A stretch of 60,350 nucleotides of DNA, the filler included. It is 4 parts of 4 records of this genome, joined end to end, with 100 filler letters (N's around TTAATTAATTAA, not from the genome) between each part and the next. Parts side by side here need not be neighbours in the genome. Positions count along the whole stretch, not along the records: positions 44,917 to 52,670 come from SRR31156797_9166; positions 52,771 to 60,350 come from SRR31156797_9172; 2 more parts are not named here. One strand, written 5' to 3'. Each line of letters opens with the position of its first letter. The first letter of the stretch is position 1. A program made the translations under genes and the position numbers. The notes beneath the pieces were generated by a model. That model saw only the letters and a list, made by a program, of their open reading frames with translations, did not search any database and was not told where the DNA came from. This document shows, piece after piece, positions 51,209-60,350 of this stretch.

Positions 51209-52670
51209 ATGAGCCAGGATTTCATGGATCCTGAAATTTTTGCGGATTTCATTATTGAAGCTAAAGAGCATCTCGAAACCATTGAGCCCAACCTGCTTGA
51301 GCTTGAGAATAATCCCGAGAATCTTGATCTTCTGAATGAAATATTCAGGCCAATGCACTCCCTCAAGGGAGCTTCAGGCTTTTTGGGACTGAATATCATC
51401 AATGGCCTTGCCCATAGGGCGGAAAATATTCTTGATGAACTTCGGAAAGGTGAAATTGGGGTTACATCTGAAATTATGGATGTAATTCTTGCCGCCACCG
51501 ATTTGTTACGTCAGTTGATTGATAATCTGGACGAACTCGGTAATGAAGGTGAAGTTGATACCTCCATTACCATTGAAAGGATTGATGCTATCATGGCCGG
51601 TGAAACCCTTGAACCTTCTCAGGAGGACGTTGAACCTGAGGTAGAACCTGAGAAGGAGCCCGAGCCGGAACCTGAACCGGTGGAAGAAATCGCTGAAGTT
51701 GAGACAGATTTGGCGGAGACCCAAATCGAGCAGGAGTCCAATATGCCAGAGTCAGGACGCAAACAGGCTTTTCAGTTTGTAGCCGTAGTCAATGAGGAAG
51801 CCGAGTCCTATAAGTTGACAACTGTAGGGGAAGGTCATCTGGCCGATTTTCTCGAAGAAGCCCATGAAATCATCGAGAACCTCACTAACGGTCTGCTTGA
51901 GCTTGAGCAGGATCCAGAAGGTAATGATGACCTCATCAATGACATATTTAGATATTTCCATAACCTTAAGGGCAATAGTGGTATTATTGGTTTCCGTGAG
52001 CTGAATTCGCTTACTCATGAAGCTGAAACGTTGTTGAATAAGGTTCGTAAAGGCGAAGTGGCGGCGACCCGTTCCATGATTGATCTGCTTTTAGCTGTCG
52101 TGGATGGTATTGAATCGCTTATCGCTCATGTCTCCCCGAAAACAGGTGATGTACAGCCTTTGGATATCGATCAGCTCGTAAGTCCGCTGCAAGATGCGGT
52201 TGAGAAGGGTGAGGTTGTCGCTACTGGAACTCCTGAGGAAGATGAAGTTGCTGAAGAGACTGAGGTTGAGTCTGAAGTTGAGTTGGAACCGACAGAAGAC
52301 GGACTTGACCCGGAAGATATTGCAATTTTTGAGCAGACCGTCCGTCAGCAGATTGATAATATTGAGCTTGCCCTGAAAACACTCGGCGAGGATTCCGGCC
52401 AGAAAGATTATATTGATGGATTATACAGAAGCCTTGTTTCTATCCAGAATTCTGGTGGGTACATGGGCTTTGACGACCTGCGGGAGTATGCTGAAAGAAC
52501 AGCGGGATTGGTGGATCAGGCCCGTTCTTCCGACATGGATTTCGAGCTGATGCTTGATTTGTTGCGTCAGGAGTGTGGAATTATTGCGGAGATGATTGAC
52601 TCTGCTGTGAAGGATCTCAAGGGTAGCGCAGACGCTCCTACTAAGCCCGAGCCTAAGCCCGAGCCTAAGC
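51209..52670 (+). CDS. cheA: chemotaxis histidine kinase CheA with multiple Hpt domains, truncated at contig end
   Basis: Hpt1 FRPMHSLKG, Hpt2 FRYFHNLKG, third Hpt-like YRSLVSIQN; Pro/Glu linkers; position in the che cluster. Confidence 0.9.
52640..52670 (+). repeat. 12-bp tandem repeat encoding the (KPEP)n linker at the assembly break
   Basis: CTAAGCCCGAGC repeated up to the N-run. Confidence 0.85.
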
Positions 52671-52770
52671 NNNNNNNNNNNNNNNNNNNNNNNNNNNNNN
52701 NNNNNNNNNNNNNNTTAATTAATTAANNNNNNNNNNNNNNNNNNNNNNNNNNNNNNNNNNNNNNNNNNNN
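52671..52770. other. artificial contig spacer
   Basis: N-run + TTAATTAATTAA + N-run. Confidence 0.99.
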
Positions 52771-53305
52771 CGAGGCCGGCAGGGGACCCCTTGCCGGCCC
52801 CGTCGTGTCTGCGGCGGTGCTGTTGCCGCCGGATTTTCCCGACCAGGGAATTACCGACTCCAAGAAGCTGACCCCGAAGAAGCGGGACATCCTCTATACG
52901 GTGATCATGGAGAATGCCCTGGCCGTTTCGGTGGGCACAGCCTCCCACCATGAAATCGATGAATTCAACATCCTCCGGGCCTCGTTGCTTTCCATGAAGC
53001 GGGCCGTTTATGGAATCGACCCCCTTCCGGATCACCTGTTGATCGACGGAAAGTTCACCATCGATTCCCCCATCAGCCAGGAGGCCATCATCAAGGGGGA
53101 TTCCCTGAGCATCTCCATTGCCGCCGCCTCCATTGTGGCCAAGGTGACCCGGGACCGGCTCATGGCCGATATCCACCGGCTCTATCCCCAGTATGGGTTT
53201 GACCGGCACAAGGGATACCCGACAAAGGCCCACAAACAGGCCCTGGCGGAGTTCGGTCCAACCCCCGTGCACCGGTTGAGCTTCAAGGGTGTGGGGAGCC
53301 GCTGA
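52771..53305 (+). CDS. rnhB: ribonuclease HII, 5'-truncated
   Basis: Frame from the contig start reads EAGRGPLAGPVV; DSKKL, LLIDG, KGD, AAASIVAKVTRD, HKGYPT. Confidence 0.97.
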
Positions 53306-53670
53306 TGCCGGGCAAACGGCAGCGTCTCGGGCAGCTGGCCGAGGATGCCGCCTGTCTGTTCCTTGAAGAGCGGGGATTCACCATTATCGAAAGAAATTAC
53401 AGGACCCGGGCAGCCGAGGTCGACATCATTGCAAAGGATGGTGACACCCTGGTTTTTCTGGAGGTAAAGGCGAGGTCCTCCCTTTCCCGGGGAGGCCCCA
53501 GGGAGGCCGTCGGCACCGCCAAGCAACAGAAGATCGTTCTGGGGGCCCGCCACTTTATCCGGGAAAGAAGGCTTGCCGATTCCCGGGTCCGGTTTGATGT
53601 GGTGGCCCTTTACGAGAAGAACAACCGATTCAGGATAGAGTTGATTGAAAATGCATTCCAGGCAGAATGA
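53305..53670 (+). CDS. yraN: YraN family (UPF0102) putative endonuclease
   Basis: G..AED.A, RNYR, EVDII, FLEVKAR, RFDVV, IENAF; TGATG coupling to rnhB. Confidence 0.93.
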   Translation: MPGKRQRLGQLAEDAACLFLEERGFTIIERNYRTRAAEVDIIAKDGDTLVFLEVKARSSLSRGGPREAVGTAKQQKIVLGARHFIRERRLADSRVRFDVVALYEKNNRFRIELIENAFQAE

Positions 53671-54538
53671 AACAGGCGATCCGTGCTCCGGTGCTCCGGG
53701 AACCCTCTATGTGGTGGCCACGCCCATCGGCAATCTTGAAGACATCACCTTCAGGGCCGTCCGGATTCTCAAGGAGGTCCAGGCCATCGCCGCCGAAGAT
53801 ACCCGCCACACGGGAAAGCTTCTTTCCCATTACCAGATCAAAAATTCCCTGGTGTCATGCCATGAGCACAATGAAGAGGGACGGATTCCGGAACTTATCC
53901 TCCGGTTGAACCAGGGGGATGACATTGCCCTGGTTTCCGATGCCGGCACCCCTTCTGTGTCGGATCCCGGCTACCGACTGATAAGGGCCTGCGCCGAGCA
54001 AGGTATTCGGGTCGTTCCGGTTCCGGGCCCCTCTGCCGCGGTTGCCGGCCTCAGCGTGTCCGGACTTGCAACGGACTCCTTTCTTTTTCTGGGGTTTTTG
54101 CCGAGGAAATCGGGAAAGCGCCGGAATTACCTTGAATCCTTGAAAAACGAGCGTGCCACCCTCGTGATATACGAATCTCCCAGGCGGATACTCGGGCTTC
54201 TCTCCGAGATCGTGGCGGCCATGGGGGACCGGCCGGGGATGTTGGCCCGGGAGATCACCAAGATCCATGAGGAGTACCTCCGGGGGAATTTGAGTGAGAT
54301 CATTGCCTCCCTCGAGGCAAGGGCATCGGTGAAGGGCGAGTGCGCTCTTTTCGTGTCCGGCGCCGGGGAGGTGTCCCAGCCCGAGTTGTCGGAAGAGGGG
54401 CTTGACCGGGAGATCCTCGTCGCCCTGGCAGGTCAGGGGCAAAAGACCTCAGCCCTGGCAAAGGCCCTTGCCAAACAATTCAATATCCCCAGAAAAACCG
54501 TGTATGACCGGATCCTGGCGCTCCAGGACCGGGAATAG
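53651..54538 (+). CDS. rsmI: 16S rRNA (cytidine1402-2'-O)-methyltransferase
   Basis: LYVVATPIGNLEDIT, AEDTR, VSDAGTPSVSDPG, YESP, REITKIHEE. Confidence 0.97.
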   Translation: MHSRQNETGDPCSGAPGTLYVVATPIGNLEDITFRAVRILKEVQAIAAEDTRHTGKLLSHYQIKNSLVSCHEHNEEGRIPELILRLNQGDDIALVSDAGTPSVSDPGYRLIRACAEQGIRVVPVPGPSAAVAGLSVSGLATDSFLFLGFLPRKSGKRRNYLESLKNERATLVIYESPRRILGLLSEIVAAMGDRPGMLAREITKIHEEYLRGNLSEIIASLEARASVKGECALFVSGAGEVSQPELSEEGLDREILVALAGQGQKTSALAKALAKQFNIPRKTVYDRILALQDRE

Positions 54539-54558
54539 GGAGCATGCTCCGTGCTCCC
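54538..54558. terminator. hairpin between convergent rsmI and MinD-like genes
   Basis: GGGAGCA-tgctccg-TGCTCCC; no strong T tract. Confidence 0.4.
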
Positions 54559-54608
54559 CGTATCCTCCACGATGAATCCTACCCTTACACCTTTGTGATC
54601 CTGTAAAC

Positions 54609-55640
54609 CTATCCCCGGTTTTTGGTATACCAGGCTTCAAAATCGAGTTCCACCTCGGCCGGAGCAGCAGGGGGCTCTTGGGTCCCGGGGGCCTGGTGGG
54701 CCATCATTTCTTTTATCTGTTTCATTTCGGTCATCAGCATGGAGATTTTGTTCTCTATCCGTTGAAGCATCTCCATGGGGTCGGTATTTTTACCGGCGGT
54801 TTCAGGCTGTTTTTTCGGGGAGGGCTTCGCAACGGGCCGGTTCTCCGAAAGAAAGCCCAGACAGCGGTGCCAGAATTGTTCAAGGGGCATGGGGGCCGGG
54901 TTTTTCCCTTTGGAAAGCAGCTTTCTCCCAAGAAGGTGAATGCATTTGGACGCGGTTGAATCGGGGAACAGCTTGACAAACGGTGTCTGGGCGATCACGG
55001 CCATGGGAATGTGCTTATCCCTGGCAACGATGCCAAGGGGGCTTAGTTTGACCGAGAGAAACCGGTTGACCGTGTCCCGGAGCTGACTGTAGGCCTGCTT
55101 GGCATTGTTCGCCTGTTTCACCTGGTTTACCACCACGTTTACGGTGCTGGCATAGCGCTTCCGGGAGAGAACCTTTAAAAGTGCGTAGGCATCGGTGAGG
55201 GAGGTGGGTTCCGGGGTGATCACCAGCAGGATCTCCTGGCTTGCCATGCAGAAGGAGAGGACCTGGGACGAGATGCCGGCGGAGGTGTCAAAAATAAAAT
55301 AGTCGTACTCCCCGAGACCGAGGAAGGAACGGATCAGCCGTTCCGCCTCCGCCCGGGTGAGATCCGCCATTCGTTCCACCCCGCTGCTTCCGGGAATGAT
55401 GTCGATGCCCTGGTAATTCCGGATGAGGATATCCCCGAGTTCGAGGCTGCCGTCGATCACGGCCTCAAGATCGTTTTCCGGCTGAATACCGGTGAGGATG
55501 TTGATGTTTGCAAGGCCGAGATCCGCGTCAAACAGGCAGACCCGCTGGTTTGCCGATGCAAGTTCAAGGGCCAGGTTGAGGCTGATGCTGGTCTTACCCA
55601 CGCCGCCCTTGCCGCTGGTGATGGTGATTACTCTTGGCAT
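54609..55640 (-). CDS. MinD/FlhG-family ATPase with C-terminal coiled-coil extension
   Basis: SGKGGVGKT, DADLGLAN, FDTSAG, TPEPTSLTDAYALLK. Confidence 0.9.
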   Translation of the reverse strand: MPRVITITSGKGGVGKTSISLNLALELASANQRVCLFDADLGLANINILTGIQPENDLEAVIDGSLELGDILIRNYQGIDIIPGSSGVERMADLTRAEAERLIRSFLGLGEYDYFIFDTSAGISSQVLSFCMASQEILLVITPEPTSLTDAYALLKVLSRKRYASTVNVVVNQVKQANNAKQAYSQLRDTVNRFLSVKLSPLGIVARDKHIPMAVIAQTPFVKLFPDSTASKCIHLLGRKLLSKGKNPAPMPLEQFWHRCLGFLSENRPVAKPSPKKQPETAGKNTDPMEMLQRIENKISMLMTEMKQIKEMMAHQAPGTQEPPAAPAEVELDFEAWYTKNRG

Positions 55641-56617
55641 GTGATTTCTTTAAATCCTTTTGGGACAGCCGCGATAATGGGATCCTGCCCTTGTTTCTTC
55701 AACGAATAGGTTATCTTGGTAACCTTGTATCTGGCCCCTAGTTTTCGGTGTTCCCCTTTGATGAATTCATGGAAGGCCCGGGACCTTGCAGTGCTATGGT
55801 TGCCCCCTGCCAATGTCCTCACCATTTCGTACCGCTTGTACAGGGACAGGATCTTGTCGCTTTCAAGTTCCGGGTCCGTGACGGTGATCCGGAAATTAAG
55901 GAGAAGGGACAGATCCGGGGAGCGTTGCTGGACAACGGGTGCTCCGCCCTCCCTGTAAAGCTGGTTGAACAGGGCCTTGAACTTTGAAAATGGGATGAAG
56001 ACGGCCTTGAATCTGAGAAGCGGGAACCGGAGGCTCAGTTGTTTCATGGCCATCAGCGCGTCTGGGTCGACAATACCGACAAGGATCACTTTTTCCTGGA
56101 GAACCAGGGGGATCATCCTGTGCCTGAGGGCAAGGCGCTTTTCCAGGATGGTGGACAGATCCTCGGCCCTGGCCGGGTTGAACCTGAACTCCTGGAGGGT
56201 CCGGTAGGGGATCCTGTAGAGGTCGTACACCCGTTTCTGGAGTTCAACCACCGTGACCAGCCCCTGGTTCAGCAGGGCGGAAAAGAGGGAGGCGTCCGAT
56301 GCCTTGGCCTCCTGACGGGCAAGGGCCAATGCCTTGGCCGGGACCTTCCCGTCCTTGACTAGGGCCTGGTCAATGGTGACAAGCTTGTTGTATTTGTGAA
56401 GCACCCAGTAGTTGTCAAGGGGGGTGATCAGGTTCAAATCGCACAGTATCATCCCGAAGCGCCGGTTTGAATCCAGCAGGGGAGAGGCTTTTCCCCGTTC
56501 CTGGATGGCAAGGACCCTGTCGATATCTTCCTGGTTGATCAATCCCTCCCTGACCAGGATCTCTCCGGTTCTAAGGGCGGGCAAACGTTCCAGTTTGGTT
56601 CGGGTCAATGGTTTCAA
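55628..56617 (-). CDS. MshEN/GspE N-terminal domain protein without ATPase
   Basis: RTGEILVREGLINQEDIDRVLAIQ, RFGMILCDLNLI, MIPL...VGIVDP; no Walker motifs. Confidence 0.75.
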   Translation of the reverse strand: MKPLTRTKLERLPALRTGEILVREGLINQEDIDRVLAIQERGKASPLLDSNRRFGMILCDLNLITPLDNYWVLHKYNKLVTIDQALVKDGKVPAKALALARQEAKASDASLFSALLNQGLVTVVELQKRVYDLYRIPYRTLQEFRFNPARAEDLSTILEKRLALRHRMIPLVLQEKVILVGIVDPDALMAMKQLSLRFPLLRFKAVFIPFSKFKALFNQLYREGGAPVVQQRSPDLSLLLNFRITVTDPELESDKILSLYKRYEMVRTLAGGNHSTARSRAFHEFIKGEHRKLGARYKVTKITYSLKKQGQDPIIAAVPKGFKEITCQE

Positions 56618-56629
56618 TGACGGTTTCCT

Positions 56630-58792
56630 TTAGCGTTGATGAATCGGTTCATCATCTATGACCTGGTGAAGCATCGGTTTGGGCGCGGTGACCGGCAACA
56701 GGATGGTGAAGCAGGTTCCCTCCGTCGGCCTGCTCTTGCAGGTGATGGTGCCGCTGAGACTCCGGATGATGGAGTGGACGATGGAGAGCCCAAGGCCCGA
56801 GTTGTTGGCTCCCTTGGTGCTGTTGTATGGTTCGAACAGCTTCTCCTTGATGGGGTCCGGAATGCCGGGGCCGTTGTCCTGGATGGTGATTTCGATGCTG
56901 CCGGGGGTTTTGCGCTTCTCATCGATCAATATCTTGGAAGATCCCGGAACAAAGCGAATATTGATATTGATTTCCCCGCCCTTGTCCATTGCTTCGGCCG
57001 CGTTTTTCACAAGGTTGATCAGCACCTGCTTGAGACCGTTCTTGTCGGTGGTGATGGGAGGAATATCCGGGGCGGCATCCAGGGTTGCCTCGATGCCCCT
57101 GGGTACCAGGATCGATTTTTTGATAATATCCAGCACCGCCGAATAGAGCTTGTCGATATCAACGGATTGGAACTCGGCAATGTCGGGTTTTGAAAAATCC
57201 GACAGTTTGCGTATCAGGCCCGAGATGCGGTCGATCTCCTCGCTGACCACCTTGAGCTCCGACTGGGCCGGGTGCTTGTCCGGCAGCTTCATGCTCAACA
57301 GGGTCAGGTAGTTGGTGATGATGCCGATGGGGTTGTTCACCTCATGGACGATTTTCCGGGTGATGGCGGTAAAGGCCTGCATCCGTTCGTTCTGGAGGAT
57401 GGAGGCGGACTCTTTTCGCTGTTTCAGGGCCTTGAGGCACATGGCTGTCTGGCGTGAAAAGAGTTTCAGCAGGGAACTGTTCTCCAGCAGGATGTTTTTG
57501 TGGGTCTGGTCGATGCCAAGGACAATCACCCCCACGGGGCTGTCAAAGGCCTTCATGGGAATGCAGCAGAGGCCGTCCGTCTCCAGGAGGCGCGTGAGCT
57601 GGATGTCCGAGATGGCCGGAGGGGTGTTGTTGGCAGCCAGGGTGTTCAAGATCCGGTTGTTTTGCAGGGAGGCGGTCAGAAGACTCGAGGTGTTGGACAT
57701 GGGGATGGCAATGGTCTCGAGTATCCTGTGGTGCTTGTCCTTGGGGTTGCACTTTCCGGTCAGCAGGTTTTTTTCTTTATCGTAGAGAAAGTAGAAGATC
57801 CTGGGTATGTGGAAGAGGATCTTGATGCCGTTTTCCGTGATGGACAACACCGAATCGATCTCTTCGGCATTCAAAAGGTTCTGGAGGGTTCCGTGGAAGA
57901 GGGCGATCTCCTTGATCTTTCGGGTCAGGGCGTCGTTTGCCCCCACCTGGACACTGGTGGTATCAGGTGTCGGGATGCCCAGGCTCCTGGCCATTGCGTC
58001 TGCTTCCTCCCCGGCCTTGGTGAGCATGGCGGCAAGCCGGGTCTGGTCGATTCCGCTGAGCTCGAGCACGGCCGGATCCTCCGGCCCCTTGTCCGCAAGG
58101 CGGTTGGAGACAAAGATGATCTTCACAAGATCCAGGGCGTTGGCGATCTCCCCGGGGGAGGCGTTCACGTAGAGCACGGCGTCGGCCATGAGGGGGCTCA
58201 GGTGCCACTGGTCGAACAGCCAGGAACTGATCTCCTCGGTGGTGGTGTCGAATCTTTCTTTCTCGGCTGCGATCCGGTCCTTTTCATCCTCATGCTCCGC
58301 CAGAATCTCCAGGTACTCACCGGGGAAGTTCTGGGCCAGCATGAGTTTCCCGATTTCGTGGAGAAGTCCCGCCAGAAACGCTTCATCCGGCTGGGAGAGT
58401 TTCAGCTCCATGGATATTTTCTTTGCGAGAACCGCGCATTTATAGGAATGGTTCCAGAAGGTTGCGATGTCAAACTCGGCACTTATGGTGGAGAGCTTGA
58501 ACACATGCATGGCCGAGGCGCTGATGGCGATGTTTTTGATGGTGTCCATTCCAAGGTAGACCACGGCGGTCTCGATGGTGTCGGGGGCCTTGGGAATATT
58601 GAGATAGGCGGAACCGATGATCTCCATCAGCCTGGATGTGAGCCCCGGATCCGCGGAAATGATTCGTGACAGATCCCGGATGTCTGTTTCGTCATCGTTA
58701 CAGGCTTCGATCAGCTTGACCACCACCTGGGGAAGCTGGGGAAGGTTCCCCGATTGTCTGATCCTTTCAAATGTTCTGTTTCGCGATATCAT
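56630..58792 (-). CDS. cytoplasmic HDOD-GAF-histidine kinase
   Basis: LPQLPQ, DPGLTSRL, FWNHS, AFLAGLLHEIGK (HDOD); GAF-like CIPM..PVGVIVLG; H-box VHEVNNP; N-box INLVKNA; DNGPG, SGLGL. Confidence 0.92.
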   Translation of the reverse strand: MISRNRTFERIRQSGNLPQLPQVVVKLIEACNDDETDIRDLSRIISADPGLTSRLMEIIGSAYLNIPKAPDTIETAVVYLGMDTIKNIAISASAMHVFKLSTISAEFDIATFWNHSYKCAVLAKKISMELKLSQPDEAFLAGLLHEIGKLMLAQNFPGEYLEILAEHEDEKDRIAAEKERFDTTTEEISSWLFDQWHLSPLMADAVLYVNASPGEIANALDLVKIIFVSNRLADKGPEDPAVLELSGIDQTRLAAMLTKAGEEADAMARSLGIPTPDTTSVQVGANDALTRKIKEIALFHGTLQNLLNAEEIDSVLSITENGIKILFHIPRIFYFLYDKEKNLLTGKCNPKDKHHRILETIAIPMSNTSSLLTASLQNNRILNTLAANNTPPAISDIQLTRLLETDGLCCIPMKAFDSPVGVIVLGIDQTHKNILLENSSLLKLFSRQTAMCLKALKQRKESASILQNERMQAFTAITRKIVHEVNNPIGIITNYLTLLSMKLPDKHPAQSELKVVSEEIDRISGLIRKLSDFSKPDIAEFQSVDIDKLYSAVLDIIKKSILVPRGIEATLDAAPDIPPITTDKNGLKQVLINLVKNAAEAMDKGGEININIRFVPGSSKILIDEKRKTPGSIEITIQDNGPGIPDPIKEKLFEPYNSTKGANNSGLGLSIVHSIIRSLSGTITCKSRPTEGTCFTILLPVTAPKPMLHQVIDDEPIHQR

Positions 58793-59218
58793 CTCACCTC
58801 TTTGTCTGTCAGGCCCGTTTTAATCCCAGTTCTGCCGAAAACCGAAAAAATCGATCAACCATATTAGGTATCTATAGATAATCTGCACTTATAAATCAAC
58901 CTTAATATAGGGTGGGGCGTGGATCTGACCTCAATTCGTTTCATTGATCCATTGATAATTGCGAATTTCATTCAGTTAGTAAATAATCCTTGACAAACCC
59001 GTCACGATTCAATTAGTAAATATTACAGAAACCCAGACAAAATTTACAAAATCAGACGAGATGGGCTCTTTGGACGCTTTGTTCAGCCGGTCATAGAGTT
59101 CTGCCACCCCGCTATTCGCTCGTATCGCATTTATATAATGCTCATCTCCATACACGGCCCATTAAAAAAACGCGAAAAATTGTCAGTTTAACCGGATCGC
59201 TTTTTCGGAGGTGCACCC

Positions 59219-60100
59219 ATGCTTAGGAAAAGATTGGAAACCGGCGAATTCGCCTGTATTGTTCAGATCGATCCGCCCAAGGGAACGGATGTGTCGATCA
59301 TGGTAAGCAACGCCCTGAATGTCAAGGGGGTTGTCGACGCCTTTCTCGTGCCGGAAATGACCAGCGGTGTCATGCGCATGACCTCCCTTGGGGCAAGCCT
59401 GGTGCTTCGGCAGAACGGGCTTGGCACCATTATGCAGGTCTCCTGCCGGGACAGGAATCGCCTTGCGCTCCAGGGCGATATCCTGGCCGCCGATGCCCTG
59501 GGGATCGATGCCCTCATGGTGGTGACCGGTGAGGATCCCTCCAGGGGGGATCATGTGGATGCCAAAGCGGTGTACGATATCAGCCAGGACGAATTTCTGG
59601 AAGGGCTCACCACCCTTGAAAAGGGACGGGACTTCGCCGGTGTGGAGCTGAACGGCAGCCCGGATATGCTCAAGGGCGCAAGCCTTGATACCTGTCTCCG
59701 GGGCGGAGAGCGGGAGAAGGAGCTCGACCGGATGAAGCGGATGATCGACCTTGGCGTCCGCTATTTCATCACCCAGCCCCTGTTTGAATTCTCCATGACA
59801 GAGCCGTTTCTCCGAACCGCCCTGAAGAACAAGGTTACCATCATTCCAACGATCCTGCTGTTGAAATCCCTGGGCATGGCGCGGTACATGGCCAGGAACG
59901 TTTCCCATGTCACCATGCCGGATACGGTGATCCGGACCCTCCAGCAGGCGCCTGACAAGGTACGGGCCTCGGTGGCCATGGCAAAGCAGCTGATCGCCGG
60001 GGTGAAGGAACACGGCTATGGCGGTGTCAATGTTTCGTGCATGGGGTGGGAAGGAAAGCTTCCCGAAATACTGGGGGTCATGGAAGGGTTAAAAGGGTAG
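59219..60100 (+). CDS. MetF-like (methylenetetrahydrofolate reductase family) protein, divergent
   Basis: [48 protein letters not shown]. Confidence 0.85.
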   Translation: MLRKRLETGEFACIVQIDPPKGTDVSIMVSNALNVKGVVDAFLVPEMTSGVMRMTSLGASLVLRQNGLGTIMQVSCRDRNRLALQGDILAADALGIDALMVVTGEDPSRGDHVDAKAVYDISQDEFLEGLTTLEKGRDFAGVELNGSPDMLKGASLDTCLRGGEREKELDRMKRMIDLGVRYFITQPLFEFSMTEPFLRTALKNKVTIIPTILLLKSLGMARYMARNVSHVTMPDTVIRTLQQAPDKVRASVAMAKQLIAGVKEHGYGGVNVSCMGWEGKLPEILGVMEGLKG

Positions 60101-60110
60101 GAGGGATGAA

Positions 60111-60350
60111 ATGACGGAAAAATCGCTGTCTACAAACAATCTTGCCGGGGCGGTCATGGTGCTGGGGGGCGGTATCGCCGGGATGCAGTCCGCCATCGAT
60201 CTTGCAAATTCAGGCTATTATGTCTACCTGGTTGAGCGGTCCCATGCCATCGGTGGAATGATGGCCCAGCTTGATAAGACGTTTCCCACGAATGACTGCA
60301 CCATGTGAGTCATCTCACCAAAACTGGTCGAGGTCGGCCGGCACATCAAT
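60111..60350 (+). CDS. hdrA: heterodisulfide reductase subunit A-like (HdrA/HdrL) selenoprotein, 3'-truncated; UGA 60306-60308 = Sec
   Basis: GGGIAG FAD motif, [34 protein letters not shown]. The UGA occupies the second Cys of the conserved DCxxC motif and the frame stays open and conserved to the window end. Confidence 0.92.
60324..60341 (+). promoter_or_regulatory. bacterial SECIS hairpin of the hdrA-like gene
   Basis: CTGGTCG-aggt-CGGCCGG 7-bp stem; loop 22 nt after the UGA with G in the second position. Confidence 0.75.

Noticed and set aside
1..60350. CRISPR arrays, rRNA, integrases, transposases and phage genes
   Set aside because: No regularly spaced repeat-spacer array or such coding motifs were seen.

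Overview
This window is not one continuous locus. It is four contigs joined by artificial 100-nt spacers (N-run + TTAATTAATTAA + N-run at 21511-21610, 44817-44916 and 52671-52770), all apparently from sulfate-reducing Desulfobacterota (inference from gene content and composition). Segment 1 (1-21510, Desulfovibrionaceae-like) carries an ACR3/BASS-family transporter, a small TPR gene under a Fur-box promoter, tig-clpP-clpX-[orphan sensor kinase]-lon, a serine hydrolase, a tiny beta-signal protein, alkaline phosphatase + YibE/F behind a long structured leader, an M23 peptidase, the [NiFeSe] hydrogenase hysBAD (Sec UGA at 19858, so the ORF track truncates hysA) and a truncated TPR protein. Segment 2 (21611-44816, AT-richer, Desulfobulbaceae-like) is an exosortase/EpsI exopolysaccharide locus facing a cluster of secreted proteins (membrane MshEN protein, FN3-like/PKD/lectin-like protein, PKD protein, deacetylase, heparinase-like enzyme); both contig ends look like pieces of one MITE-like repeat. 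Segment 3 (44917-52670) holds a partial tRNA-Pro and a cheB-HEAT-cheR-parA-cheW-cheY-cheA cluster. Segment 4 (52771-60350, GC-rich, Desulfobacteraceae-like) holds rnhB-yraN-rsmI, an HDOD kinase-MshEN-MinD/FlhG operon, a divergent MetF-like gene and the start of a selenocysteine-containing HdrA/HdrL. The best candidates for undescribed biology are the four-way-junction RNA leader of phoA-yibE/F, a possible strand-complementation scaffold in the EPS locus, the MetF-like protein with altered catalytic residues beside Sec-HdrA, and two ATPase-less MshEN modules. All family calls are by motif recognition by eye; no searches were run.
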